DNA from: Parachlamydiales bacterium | GTDB taxonomy: Bacteria; Chlamydiota; Chlamydiia; Chlamydiales; Rhabdochlamydiaceae | Assembly (NCBI GenBank): GCA_963705295.1 | Contig: OY970065.1 | Coordinates: forward strand, 608,001 to 672,000 | Direction of reading: 5' to 3' | Length of the DNA: 64,000 bases | Shown: piece after piece, positions 22,306 to 31,417 of the stretch | Layout of the letters: every line of letters begins with the position of its first letter | Position numbering within the stretch: position 1 is the first letter of the stretch | Position numbers and translations under genes: made by a program | Notes under the pieces: model-generated | Told to the model about the DNA's origin: nothing | Database searches by the model: none | The model's input: only the letters and a program-made list of their open reading frames with translations

Positions 22306-23556
22306 ATGGCAAGTCTTGTTGCGTCTTTAGAGGCGAGAGTGAGAGATAGTCGATTGATTTGGCGGGCGCAGCAACAGCTCGATCCATCTCTTCCTCATAA
22401 GCGGTATAAAATGTTAGAGCATGATCAGTGGCCTGAAGTCATGAAACTTGCTCGAATTTTTAATTCTTTTGTTTATGGCAAGTTAATGCAGAAGGTTCCT
22501 TCATTTTACAGAATTGATCGCCAGCAAGGGATATGTTATTTCCCTAGAACAACTGAAACACAAACGGAGCATCGACTCTTTGAGAACAGTTTCTTGGATC
22601 GCTTTACACATGTCATTTGTATACTTTCCCCGATGGAGTTTGTTTTGGTCGATTCCAAACACATGGCATATAAATTTCATGTCGATCCACAGACGTTATT
22701 GTGGAGTGTCACGAATCTTCCCAATATTCTAGATCGTATTTTACAATCGATTTTTCAGGCTTTTGGGCCCAAGCTGTATACTTCTGGTTTACTCCAAGGA
22801 TTGGACGTTTGGAAAATGCGGATCAGATCCATGGAACTTCAAAACCATTCGATCAACATCAGAATAAGAATTGGAGATTATGGTTCCTATTTTTTGGTGT
22901 ATGACTCAAGTCAGGAGACTTCATCCTGTTGTCTTGGACAATTGAGCCTTCTAGCTCACCAGATAGGTGGATCTATTAGAATTCATATAAGTGAAAAGAA
23001 TTTTTCCATCCCAGTGAGCGATAAAACTGATATGGAGCTTGTTCAGGTATCCAATAATTTTTTGGTCGTCACGGCTCATTTAGAGGATCGGGAGCACAAC
23101 GTGTCGCAGTACCGTTTTAATATCTATGATCTCATTTCGGGGTGTCTCATTTTTTGCTATATCCCCCACTCACAAAATGAAGACTATAAGCCTCAAAAGG
23201 TGTTCTTTTTTAAAAGATTTGCCCTTTTTTATTATCAAAGGTCAGATCGCCAGCTACGTGCAAATCTCATCGACCTTGAAAGGAAGATCGCTATTCCTTT
23301 GACAGAACTCACACAAGATCTATTTTGCTCTTTTGATACGATCACAGGTCTTGACTTTATAGAAACAAATCAAGGGACCGTACATGCTGTTTTAAAAGGG
23401 GAGCGCGATGATGAAACATATGTTATTGAAAGTGAAATCAACCCGTACCAAAACAATCCTCTTATCTATTTAGATCAAGGTTTAGAAGTCGTATCTAATC
23501 AAAAGAGCCCCGAAAACCGTCCCGTGCGGGAAAGTTGCGGTTGTGGCTATGCTTGA
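22306..23556 (+). CDS. Hypothetical protein
   Basis: 416-aa ORF with no motif recognised. Confidence 0.65.
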   Translation: MASLVASLEARVRDSRLIWRAQQQLDPSLPHKRYKMLEHDQWPEVMKLARIFNSFVYGKLMQKVPSFYRIDRQQGICYFPRTTETQTEHRLFENSFLDRFTHVICILSPMEFVLVDSKHMAYKFHVDPQTLLWSVTNLPNILDRILQSIFQAFGPKLYTSGLLQGLDVWKMRIRSMELQNHSINIRIRIGDYGSYFLVYDSSQETSSCCLGQLSLLAHQIGGSIRIHISEKNFSIPVSDKTDMELVQVSNNFLVVTAHLEDREHNVSQYRFNIYDLISGCLIFCYIPHSQNEDYKPQKVFFFKRFALFYYQRSDRQLRANLIDLERKIAIPLTELTQDLFCSFDTITGLDFIETNQGTVHAVLKGERDDETYVIESEINPYQNNPLIYLDQGLEVVSNQKSPENRPVRESCGCGYA

Positions 23557-23708
23557 TGGGAAGGATGTTTATGGTCACCCAGTTATTTTGCAGGCTCTTG
23601 TGGAGGAGCACCTATTTCAATTATCAGGCAGTATATTGAACAGCAAAATGCCCCAGCGGAATTGGTGCACCTTTCATCCTGGCCATGAATGGCCGGGTTT
23701 TCGGCGCT
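23557..23708 (+). mobile_element. tnpA: IS200/IS605-family remnant: TnpA C-terminus plus end hairpin
   Basis: WEGCLWSPSYFAGSCGGAPISIIRQYIEQQ (Y1 transposase catalytic-Tyr helix), followed by hairpin CCTGGCCATGAATGGCCGGG-TTTTCGGCG. Confidence 0.8.
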
Positions 23709-23768
23709 GAACGATAAAACCGCTCAAAAAAATCTATACAAATCTATGCAATGCATAGAGAACTAGAT

Positions 23769-23826
23769 ACGTCCTCCCGCACAGTTCTGTAAGCCTTGGA
23801 GGTGAAACTCCTCCATTCGACTCGAT
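23769..23826 (+). mobile_element. Possible group II intron 3'-end remnant (domain V half + domain VI)
   Basis: GCACAGTTCTGT...TGGAGGTGAAACTCCTCCA...ACTCGAT resembles bacterial group II 3' ends. It ends in AY exactly where BNR-gene homology begins. Confidence 0.4.
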
Positions 23827-23987
23827 TCGATATAGAGGGGAAGCTGGAAGGGCATGTTGAGGGAGGTATTGGTATTGTCGGCAAGGTCGAGCGTGATCGT
23901 ATCTTTCAAATTCTGATGAAAGATATCAGAGGAACCTTCAGCTCTTAATTGACAAAAGCCTACAAAAGCCAAAAACAACTTTTTCAT
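23827..23987 (-). pseudogene. N-terminal fragment of a BNR-family paralog (closest to 27440..29368)
   Basis: MKKLFLAFVGFCQLRAEGSSDIFHQNLKDTITLDLADNTNTSLNMPFQLPLYIE, then homology stops. Confidence 0.85.
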
Positions 23988-24034
23988 ATAACTCTCCCTT
24001 AAAGATTAGATTACATGGTATTTTTTTTTAAAAT

Positions 24035-24060
24035 GGAGAGGATTTATGAAAACCCTCTCC
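24035..24060 (-). terminator. Hairpin downstream of the BNR paralog (similar copy ~29435-29460)
   Basis: GGAGAGG...CCTCTCC stem, duplicated in both intergenic regions. U-tract is weak. Confidence 0.4.
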
Positions 24061-24071
24061 TGTAATGAAAT

Positions 24072-25973
24072 TTATTTTGTCTTCTTAGGTTTTTTGCCCA
24101 TATCTTGATCGAGCTCGCTCTTTGTCAAAATGCCCATGAATGTGTTGACATTGGCTTGGTTCTTTTGATTGCGTGCATCGAACCAGGAGAAAAGCATATT
24201 ACCAAAGAAGGGATCGCGGGACATGTTAAATTCTCCTCGGGCTTGGATGTGGGTATTTGCAATAGGTCTTGGGATGCTCCACGTTTGTCCATCATCATCC
24301 GTATGGAGTAGGCTAAGGGTCATATTCCCTGAAAAATCAGGCTGCATATCGACCACACCCACATAGAGGCGATTTAAATCGGGATCATTCGTTATACCGT
24401 AAGCATAACAATTGATATTACGGCTTGGCTGGAAAGGAATCACTGTGTCGGTTTTACTCACGTTTGAGAATGCGATGTCTTTGCGACCTCCAAAAGAATC
24501 GGGCCCTAAATTGACAATACCCGTAGGATTGACCAATAGAGATAAATGATTGCTATTGAATGGGGAATCGAAGGAATAACCCACTAAATATACTTTTCCA
24601 TCGGGTGTTACTGTAATTTCTGGCTCTACGGTCGATGGAAAAGGTGGAAATTTGCCAGCTGAAATCGGAGTATGAACGATTTTGCCATATTCCCCTTTTC
24701 CTGTGACGGGAATATAACTGATGTAGAGTTGTGCTCCATATCCATAAGGACTTGTAGGATCATCGAAATAATGGGTAAATGAGACCCAAAAAGCTTTTCC
24801 ACCTTGGCCATCGCCTCCAAAGGCAGCACGGGGATAATCAAAGTAGTTATATGTGAAATTTGGATGAGAAGGTACATTGATATTTCCCACTTTTTTGAAG
24901 GTGAGACCTCCATCCGTACTCACTGCATACACGATATCTACAAAATTTAAATTACGAGCTAGAGTAAGTTTTTTGTTATAAATGTAGGCAATCCATAAAT
25001 TGCCGAATTCATCAAATTGAGGTTCGATTCCATCACGAGGGTTTTTTGGAAGGCCAAATGTCCCATCTAATCGGGCAGTTTTCCATGTTTTTCCTCCATC
25101 AAAACTGACCCCTCGCCATAATTGGAAAAAGTTATTTACTTTAGGGAAATTTATTAAATTCGCTCCAAATGCTGTAGCGAAGAGGTGATTCGTATCTAAA
25201 GGGTCAATAACAACAGAACCTTCAAGGAAAAAGAAATTCTCATAGGGAGCTTTAAAAACTGTAACGGAGTCATTTAATTTTTTAATCTTACCTGTTGTTG
25301 TATTAAGAGTCCCTGTTCGAACAATCCAATCCATATGATTTCTTCCATTCGGAGAGTTCGCTATAGAATTATCAGGCCAGCAGACAGCAAATTTATTTTT
25401 TACAATAGAATTATCATAGAACTCTAAAAAATCTGCAGCAAATTCCTTACTATATTCCGTTAAGGTTGCATTCGAAGTTCCTTGACTCAGACGGATATTT
25501 GGAGGTGCTTTGAATCGGCTTCTAGGAGTCAGCAAATACGTCACCGTCGTCGCATGCGTGGTATAACTACCTGCCGGCAAAAATCCTCCGCCGATATCAT
25601 AGACGAGAAGGGATCCTGCATTCGTCACATAGAGATCATATCCGAGACCTGTTTGATCCGACTTGAGTGAAAAAGCTTGAGGAACCACATCGCCTGGCCA
25701 AATTCTACGGGGTAGGAAGCCAGCTTCGGTAAAGATATAACCATCGACGGGAAGGGTAAAATTAAACCCCGGAATATGGATCGAAACAGATTTGCCGATG
25801 ACTTCGATATCGAGGGGAAGTTGGAAGGGCATGTTGAGGGATGTATTGGTATTGTCGGCAAGATCGAGTGTGATCGTATCTTTCAAATTCTGATGAAAAA
25901 TCCCAGAGGGAGCTTCTGCTTTTAAGTAACAAAAACTCAATAAAAATAGAATCAAAGTTATCATTTTTTTCAT
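24072..25973 (-). CDS. Secreted Asp-box/BNR-repeat (sialidase-fold) protein, paralog 1
   Basis: Signal peptide MKKMITLILFLLSFCYLKA; Asp-boxes SFDGGKTW, STDGGLTF, TDDDGQTW. Confidence 0.85.
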   Translation of the reverse strand: MKKMITLILFLLSFCYLKAEAPSGIFHQNLKDTITLDLADNTNTSLNMPFQLPLDIEVIGKSVSIHIPGFNFTLPVDGYIFTEAGFLPRRIWPGDVVPQAFSLKSDQTGLGYDLYVTNAGSLLVYDIGGGFLPAGSYTTHATTVTYLLTPRSRFKAPPNIRLSQGTSNATLTEYSKEFAADFLEFYDNSIVKNKFAVCWPDNSIANSPNGRNHMDWIVRTGTLNTTTGKIKKLNDSVTVFKAPYENFFFLEGSVVIDPLDTNHLFATAFGANLINFPKVNNFFQLWRGVSFDGGKTWKTARLDGTFGLPKNPRDGIEPQFDEFGNLWIAYIYNKKLTLARNLNFVDIVYAVSTDGGLTFKKVGNINVPSHPNFTYNYFDYPRAAFGGDGQGGKAFWVSFTHYFDDPTSPYGYGAQLYISYIPVTGKGEYGKIVHTPISAGKFPPFPSTVEPEITVTPDGKVYLVGYSFDSPFNSNHLSLLVNPTGIVNLGPDSFGGRKDIAFSNVSKTDTVIPFQPSRNINCYAYGITNDPDLNRLYVGVVDMQPDFSGNMTLSLLHTDDDGQTWSIPRPIANTHIQARGEFNMSRDPFFGNMLFSWFDARNQKNQANVNTFMGILTKSELDQDMGKKPKKTK

Positions 25974-26054
25974 ACAAAACCCCTTTTTAAGCACCTTAAG
26001 TTATTTTTTTTTTTGCAAAATATTTTTATAGAGTAAAAAATTATCGTACCAAAA

Positions 26055-26092
26055 AGTAGGCTGCTGCCAGGTTTTTTCTTTGCCCTAGTTGG
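26055..26092 (+). repeat. 38-bp direct repeat of the 5S rRNA 3' end and first terminator arm (22018..22055)
   Basis: AGTAGGCTGCTGCCAGGTTTTTTCTTTGCCCTAGTTGG versus AGTAGGTTGCCGCCAGGTTTTTTCTTCGCCCTAGTTGG: 35/38 identical. Confidence 0.85.
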
Positions 26093-26111
26093 TTAGCCGG
26101 AAGGCAAACGC

Positions 26112-26140
26112 TTGACATTTATCCGATATATCGGATATAT
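26112..26140 (+). promoter_or_regulatory. Putative promoter with a perfect 18-bp palindrome (operator)
   Basis: TTGACA at 26112 followed by TATCCGATATATCGGATA at 26120-26137. Confidence 0.55.
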
Positions 26141-26174
26141 ATGGTGATTATATGTTCGTTATATCGGAGGGAAA

Positions 26175-27443
26175 ATGTTGGACATTCTTCATCTTTGGAA
26201 TCGTTGGGGATCGAATCCCCTTAAAAGCGGTATATTACGAGATATCGTCGCCAAGATCTTACCCTATCTCCACAACGAAGAAATCATCCCCCTGATTGGC
26301 CCTCGGAGAGCGGGAAAGAGCACCGTTCTTTATCAGCTCATGGATGTGCTTGAAAATCAAGGGATTCCTCAAGAAGCGATGCTTCACATCAATTTCGAAG
26401 AGCCAAAGCTCGCTCCTTATTTGAATTTGCCGGGTCTTGATCAGCTGTATGATACGTATCGTACGCATATTTATCCGAAAGGAAAAGCTTATCTCTTTCT
26501 GGATGAAATTCAAAATATTCTCGAATGGGAGCGATGGGTCCAGGCGAGGGCGCAAACTGAAAACGTCAAAATCTTTATTTCAGGTTCATCGGCAAAGTTA
26601 ATGTCGAGAGAACTGGCTACGCTTTTAACGGGTCGCCATCTTTGCTTTGAGATTTTACCTTTAAATTTCGGGGAGTATTTGCGATTTAAGGAGATTCCTC
26701 ATGGTCGTGTTGCTTCACATTCATTACGGAATGCTTTGGAGCAATATTTGAAGTGGGGTGGCTTTCCTAAAGTCGTGCTTGCAGACTCTGATCAGTATAA
26801 ACGGGATATTCTTTTAGAGTATTATGATGACATTCTTTTTAAAGATATCGTCTTACGTCATAACATCCGTGATGCCATGCTGCTCCGCAATCTCGCCTCT
26901 CATTTGATGACTCAAACAGGCAAGCTCCTCTCGTTTCAACGCTTGGCTAATATCATGCAAGTCTCCAATGATTTAAGCATTAGCTACTGTAGTCATATCC
27001 AAGAAGCTTATTTAGTCGAATTTTTATCGTTTTATAGTCTGAAAACTTCCATTCGCCAGAGACATCCTCATAAAATTCATGCACTCGATTTGGGACTCCG
27101 AAATGTGGTCAGCTTGGCTCACTCCGAAGATATGGGCCACTTGATTGAAACTGCAGTTTATGCAGCGCTGAGGCGTCGCTGGGGTGAAAGCGTGTTTTAT
27201 TGGCAAAATGAAGGAGAAATTGATTTTGTGATCCAGCAAGGGACACGGATAACACATGCCTACCAAGTTGTCGCTGATGGGTTGGATGAAGAAGAGATTA
27301 TAGATCGCGAATTAAGAGCTATGAAAGAAGCTGCTCATCAATTCCCAAAGGCTGAATGCACCCTGATTGTCAAACAGCTCCCTAAAAAACCTTTAAAACT
27401 ACCCTTCCAGGTGATCCCCTTGTGGAGGTTCTTGCTAGATTAG
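26175..27443 (+). CDS. AAA+ ATPase (AAA_14 + DUF4143 type)
   Basis: GPRRAGKS, LFLDEIQ, SGSS, LTGR, GGFP, DLGLRN, EIDF...QV. Confidence 0.88.
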   Translation: MLDILHLWNRWGSNPLKSGILRDIVAKILPYLHNEEIIPLIGPRRAGKSTVLYQLMDVLENQGIPQEAMLHINFEEPKLAPYLNLPGLDQLYDTYRTHIYPKGKAYLFLDEIQNILEWERWVQARAQTENVKIFISGSSAKLMSRELATLLTGRHLCFEILPLNFGEYLRFKEIPHGRVASHSLRNALEQYLKWGGFPKVVLADSDQYKRDILLEYYDDILFKDIVLRHNIRDAMLLRNLASHLMTQTGKLLSFQRLANIMQVSNDLSISYCSHIQEAYLVEFLSFYSLKTSIRQRHPHKIHALDLGLRNVVSLAHSEDMGHLIETAVYAALRRRWGESVFYWQNEGEIDFVIQQGTRITHAYQVVADGLDEEEIIDRELRAMKEAAHQFPKAECTLIVKQLPKKPLKLPFQVIPLWRFLLD

Positions 27444-29368
27444 TTGCCATTCTTAGACTTTTTAGCTACTTTTGTCCGCAGTGGTTTTTTGCCAGCACCT
27501 TGATCTAGCTCGCTCTTTGTCAAAATGCCCATGAACGTGTTGACATTGGCTTGATTTGTTCGATTGCGGGCATCGAGCCAGGAAAAGAGCATGTTGCCGG
27601 TAAAAGAATCACGGGACATATTAAATGTTCCTCGAGCTTGAGTATTTCTATTGGCAATAGGTCTAGGAATACTCCAAGTGAGGCCATCATCATCTGTATG
27701 GAGTAGGCTAAGGGTCATATTCCCTGAAAAATCGGGCTGCATATCGACCACACCCATATAGAGTCGATTCAAGTCGGGATCAAAAGTAATACCAAAAGAA
27801 TAAGTTAAGATATTTCGTTCGGGTTGATAAGGAATCACCGTATTTGTCTTACCGACATTGGAGAAAGCAATGTCTTTACGTTCCCCAAAAGAATTGGGAT
27901 TTAGATTGACAATCCCTGTTGGATTTACCAGAAGATACAGATGATTATTATTGAAATTACCATCGAAAGAATAACCAACTAAATAGACCTTTCCATCAGG
28001 AGTAACCGTAATTTCTGGTTCAACGAATCCTGGAAAGGGAGGGAATACTGCAGAAGCGATCGGTTTATGAACGACTTTGCCATATTGACCCTTTCCTGTG
28101 ACGGGAATATAACTGATATAAAGTTGAGATCCATATCCATAGGGACTTGTAGGGTCATCAAAATAATGGGTAAAAGAGACCCAAAAAGCTTTTCCGCCTT
28201 GGCCATCACCCCCAAATGCAGCTCGGGGATAATCGAAATAATTAAAGGTAAATTTTGGATGCTTTGGAGTATTGATATTTCCTGCTTTTTTAAATGTTAA
28301 TCCACCGTCTGTACTGACTGCATAGACGATATTGACTTGATTAAAAGCATCTTCCAGATTCGTTATGTAAATATATGAAATCCATAAATTACCAAAATCA
28401 TCAAATCGGGGTTCTATTCCATCGAAAGGAGTGAAAGGAAGCCCAAATCTTCCATCAATCCGTTGGGTTTCCCATGTTTTGCCTCCATCGAAGCTAACAC
28501 CAGTCCACATTTGGAAAGTATTTTTATTTTTAATCGAAGGGAAGGGCATAAATATCGAATTCCCATTGCCAAAGATTGAAGTTGCAAAAATATGATTTGT
28601 ATCTAAGGGATCGATGACAACAGAGCCTTCTAGGAAAAACGAATTCTCATGGGGAGCTTTAAAGACTGTCATGGGATCATTCAGCTTTTTAACTTTTCCT
28701 GTAGTGGTATCCAGAGTTCCAGTCCTGACGATGAAATTGGTATGGTCTCTACCATTCGGTGAATTCGCTTTAGAATTATCGGGCCAGCAAACAGCAAATT
28801 TATTTTTCACGATCGAATTATCATAAAATTCTAGAAAATCGAATTGATTATTAAAGATGGTTGCATTCGAAGTTCCTTGGCTTAAACGTATATTTTTAGG
28901 AGCTTTAAATTGACTTCTGGGTGTGAGCAAATAAGTCACTGTCGTTGCATGCGTGGTATAACTGCCTGCCGGTAAAAATCCTCCACCGATATCATAAACT
29001 AAAAGAGATCCCGCATTCGTCACATAGAGATCATATCCGAGACCTGTCTGATCCGACTTGAGTGAAAAAGCTTGAGGAATCACATCGCCTGGCCAAATTC
29101 TTCGGGGTAAGAAGCCAGCTTCGGTAAAAATATAACCGTCGACGGGAAGGGTGAAGTTGAAGGCTGGTATATGGATCGAAACAGATTTACCGATGACTTC
29201 GATATCAAGAGGAAGCTGGAAAGGCATGTTGAGGGATGTATTGGTATTGTCGGCAAGATCGAGTGTGATCGTATCTTTTAAATTCTGATGAAAGATATCA
29301 GAGGAACCTTCAGCTCTTAATTGACAAAAGCCTACAAAAACCAAAAACAACAAAAATAACTTTTTCAT
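27440..29368 (-). CDS. Secreted Asp-box/BNR protein, paralog 2
   Basis: Signal peptide, three Asp-boxes, paralogy. Confidence 0.85.
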   Translation of the reverse strand: MKKLFLLFLVFVGFCQLRAEGSSDIFHQNLKDTITLDLADNTNTSLNMPFQLPLDIEVIGKSVSIHIPAFNFTLPVDGYIFTEAGFLPRRIWPGDVIPQAFSLKSDQTGLGYDLYVTNAGSLLVYDIGGGFLPAGSYTTHATTVTYLLTPRSQFKAPKNIRLSQGTSNATIFNNQFDFLEFYDNSIVKNKFAVCWPDNSKANSPNGRDHTNFIVRTGTLDTTTGKVKKLNDPMTVFKAPHENSFFLEGSVVIDPLDTNHIFATSIFGNGNSIFMPFPSIKNKNTFQMWTGVSFDGGKTWETQRIDGRFGLPFTPFDGIEPRFDDFGNLWISYIYITNLEDAFNQVNIVYAVSTDGGLTFKKAGNINTPKHPKFTFNYFDYPRAAFGGDGQGGKAFWVSFTHYFDDPTSPYGYGSQLYISYIPVTGKGQYGKVVHKPIASAVFPPFPGFVEPEITVTPDGKVYLVGYSFDGNFNNNHLYLLVNPTGIVNLNPNSFGERKDIAFSNVGKTNTVIPYQPERNILTYSFGITFDPDLNRLYMGVVDMQPDFSGNMTLSLLHTDDDGLTWSIPRPIANRNTQARGTFNMSRDSFTGNMLFSWLDARNRTNQANVNTFMGILTKSELDQGAGKKPLRTKVAKKSKNGN

Positions 29369-29469
29369 AAAACTCTCCCTAATAAGATTAGGTTACAGGG
29401 TATTTTTTTTTTTGAGAAATGTTTTTAATAAAATGGGGAGGATTTATGAAAACCCTCTCCTGGCGAAAT

Positions 29470-31371
29470 TTATTTAAGAAGAGGCCTTTTGCCAGCACCT
29501 TGATCTAGCTCGCTCTTCGTCAAAATGCCCATGAACGTGTTGACATTGGCTTGATTTTTTTGATTGCGAGCATCGAACCAGGAGAAAAGCATGTTACCAA
29601 AGAAGGGGTCGCGGGACATGTTAAATTCTCCACGCGCTTGAAGGTGGGTATTAGCAATAGGTCTTGGGATGCTCCACGTTTGACCATCATCATCTGTGTG
29701 GATTAGGCTAAGGGTCATATTCCCTGAAAAATCAGGCTGCATATCGACCACACCCACATAGAGGCGATTCAAGTCAGGATCAAAGGTAATTCCATAAGAA
29801 TAGGTATCTAGATTTCGATTGGGTTGGAAAGGAATCACGGTATTTGTCTTTCCGACATTTGAGAATGCTATGGTTTTACGTCCCCCAAAAGAAATGGGAT
29901 TTAGATTGACGATCCCTGTTGGATTTACCAGAAGATAGAGATGATTATTATTAAAACCAGCATCGAAAGAATAACCAACTAAATAGACCTTCCCATCAGG
30001 AGAGACGGTAATTTCTGGTTCCTCAAAGCCGGGAAATGGAGGGAACGTGGGAAAAGCAATGGGTTTATGAACCAATTTGCCGAACTCCCCTTTTCCTGTG
30101 ACGGGAATGTAACTAATATAGAGCTGAGATCCATATCCATAGGGGCTATTGGGGTCATCGAAGTAGTGAGTAAAAGATACCCAAAAAGCTTTTCCACCTT
30201 GGCCATCACCCCCAAATGCAGCACGGGGATAATCGAAAAAATTAAAGGTAAATTTTGGATGAGAAGGAACATTGATATTACCCACTTTCTTGAAGGTTAG
30301 TCCTCCATCTGTACTCACTGCATAAACGATATCTATAAAATTTAAAAAAGGAGATTTTCCCAATTTTTTGTTATAAATGTAGGCAATCCATAAATTGCCA
30401 AAATCATCGAAAACGGGCTCAATTCCATCACGAGGTATTTTTGGCAGACCGAACGTCCCATCTAATCGGGCACTTTTCCATGTTTTCCCGCCATCAAAAC
30501 TGACACCTCTCCATACTTGGAAAAGGTTCTTTAAATTGTTAGGGAACTTTGTTAAATCCCCAGCTGTAGCGGTAGCAAATAGGTGATTTGTATCGAAAGG
30601 GTCGATAACAACAGAACCTTCAAGGAAAAAGAAATTTTCATAGGGAGCTTTAAAAACTGTAACCGAGTCATTTAATTTTTTAATCTTACCTGTTGTTGTA
30701 TTAAGAGTCCCTGTTCGAACAATCCAATCCATATGATTTCTTCCATTCGGAGAGTTTGCTATAGAATTATCAGGCCAACAGACAGCAAATTTATTTTTTA
30801 CAATAGAATTATCATAGAATTCTTGAAAATCTTGAGCAAATTCTTTACTAGCTTCCTCTATGGTTGCATTCGAAGTCCCTTGACTTAGACGGATATTTGG
30901 AGGTGCTTTGAATCGGCTTCTAGGAGTCAAAAGATAAGTTACAGTTGTTGCATGCGTGGTATAACTACCTGCCGGCAAAAATCCTCCGCCGATATCATAA
31001 ACCAAAAGAGACCCGGCATTTGTCACATAGAGATCATATCCAAGACCTGTCTGATCTGATTTCAATGAAAAAGCTTGAGGAACCACATCGCCTGGCCAAA
31101 TTTTTCGGGGTAAGAAGCCAGCTTCGGTAAAAATATAACCATCGACAGGAAGGGTGAAATTAAACGCCGGAATATGGATCGAAACAGATTTGCCGATGAC
31201 TTCGATATCGAGTGGAAGCTGGAAGGGCATGTTGAGAGAGGTATTGGTATTGTCGGCAAGGTCTAGCGTGATCGTATCTTTAAAATTCTGATGAAAAATC
31301 CCAGAGGGAGCTTCTGCTTTTAAGTAACAAAAACTCAATAAAAATAGAATCAAGGCTATCATTTTTTTCAT
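29470..31371 (-). CDS. Secreted Asp-box/BNR protein, paralog 3
   Basis: Signal peptide, three Asp-boxes, paralogy. Confidence 0.85.
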   Translation of the reverse strand: MKKMIALILFLLSFCYLKAEAPSGIFHQNFKDTITLDLADNTNTSLNMPFQLPLDIEVIGKSVSIHIPAFNFTLPVDGYIFTEAGFLPRKIWPGDVVPQAFSLKSDQTGLGYDLYVTNAGSLLVYDIGGGFLPAGSYTTHATTVTYLLTPRSRFKAPPNIRLSQGTSNATIEEASKEFAQDFQEFYDNSIVKNKFAVCWPDNSIANSPNGRNHMDWIVRTGTLNTTTGKIKKLNDSVTVFKAPYENFFFLEGSVVIDPFDTNHLFATATAGDLTKFPNNLKNLFQVWRGVSFDGGKTWKSARLDGTFGLPKIPRDGIEPVFDDFGNLWIAYIYNKKLGKSPFLNFIDIVYAVSTDGGLTFKKVGNINVPSHPKFTFNFFDYPRAAFGGDGQGGKAFWVSFTHYFDDPNSPYGYGSQLYISYIPVTGKGEFGKLVHKPIAFPTFPPFPGFEEPEITVSPDGKVYLVGYSFDAGFNNNHLYLLVNPTGIVNLNPISFGGRKTIAFSNVGKTNTVIPFQPNRNLDTYSYGITFDPDLNRLYVGVVDMQPDFSGNMTLSLIHTDDDGQTWSIPRPIANTHLQARGEFNMSRDPFFGNMLFSWFDARNQKNQANVNTFMGILTKSELDQGAGKRPLLK

Positions 31372-31417
31372 ACAAAACCCCTTTTTTAGTACCTTAAGTT
31401 ATTTTTTTTGCAAAATA

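Noticed and set aside
23510..23540. GTGCG as a group II intron 5' end or domain V start
   Set aside because: Too short, lies inside a coding region, and has no supporting structure.
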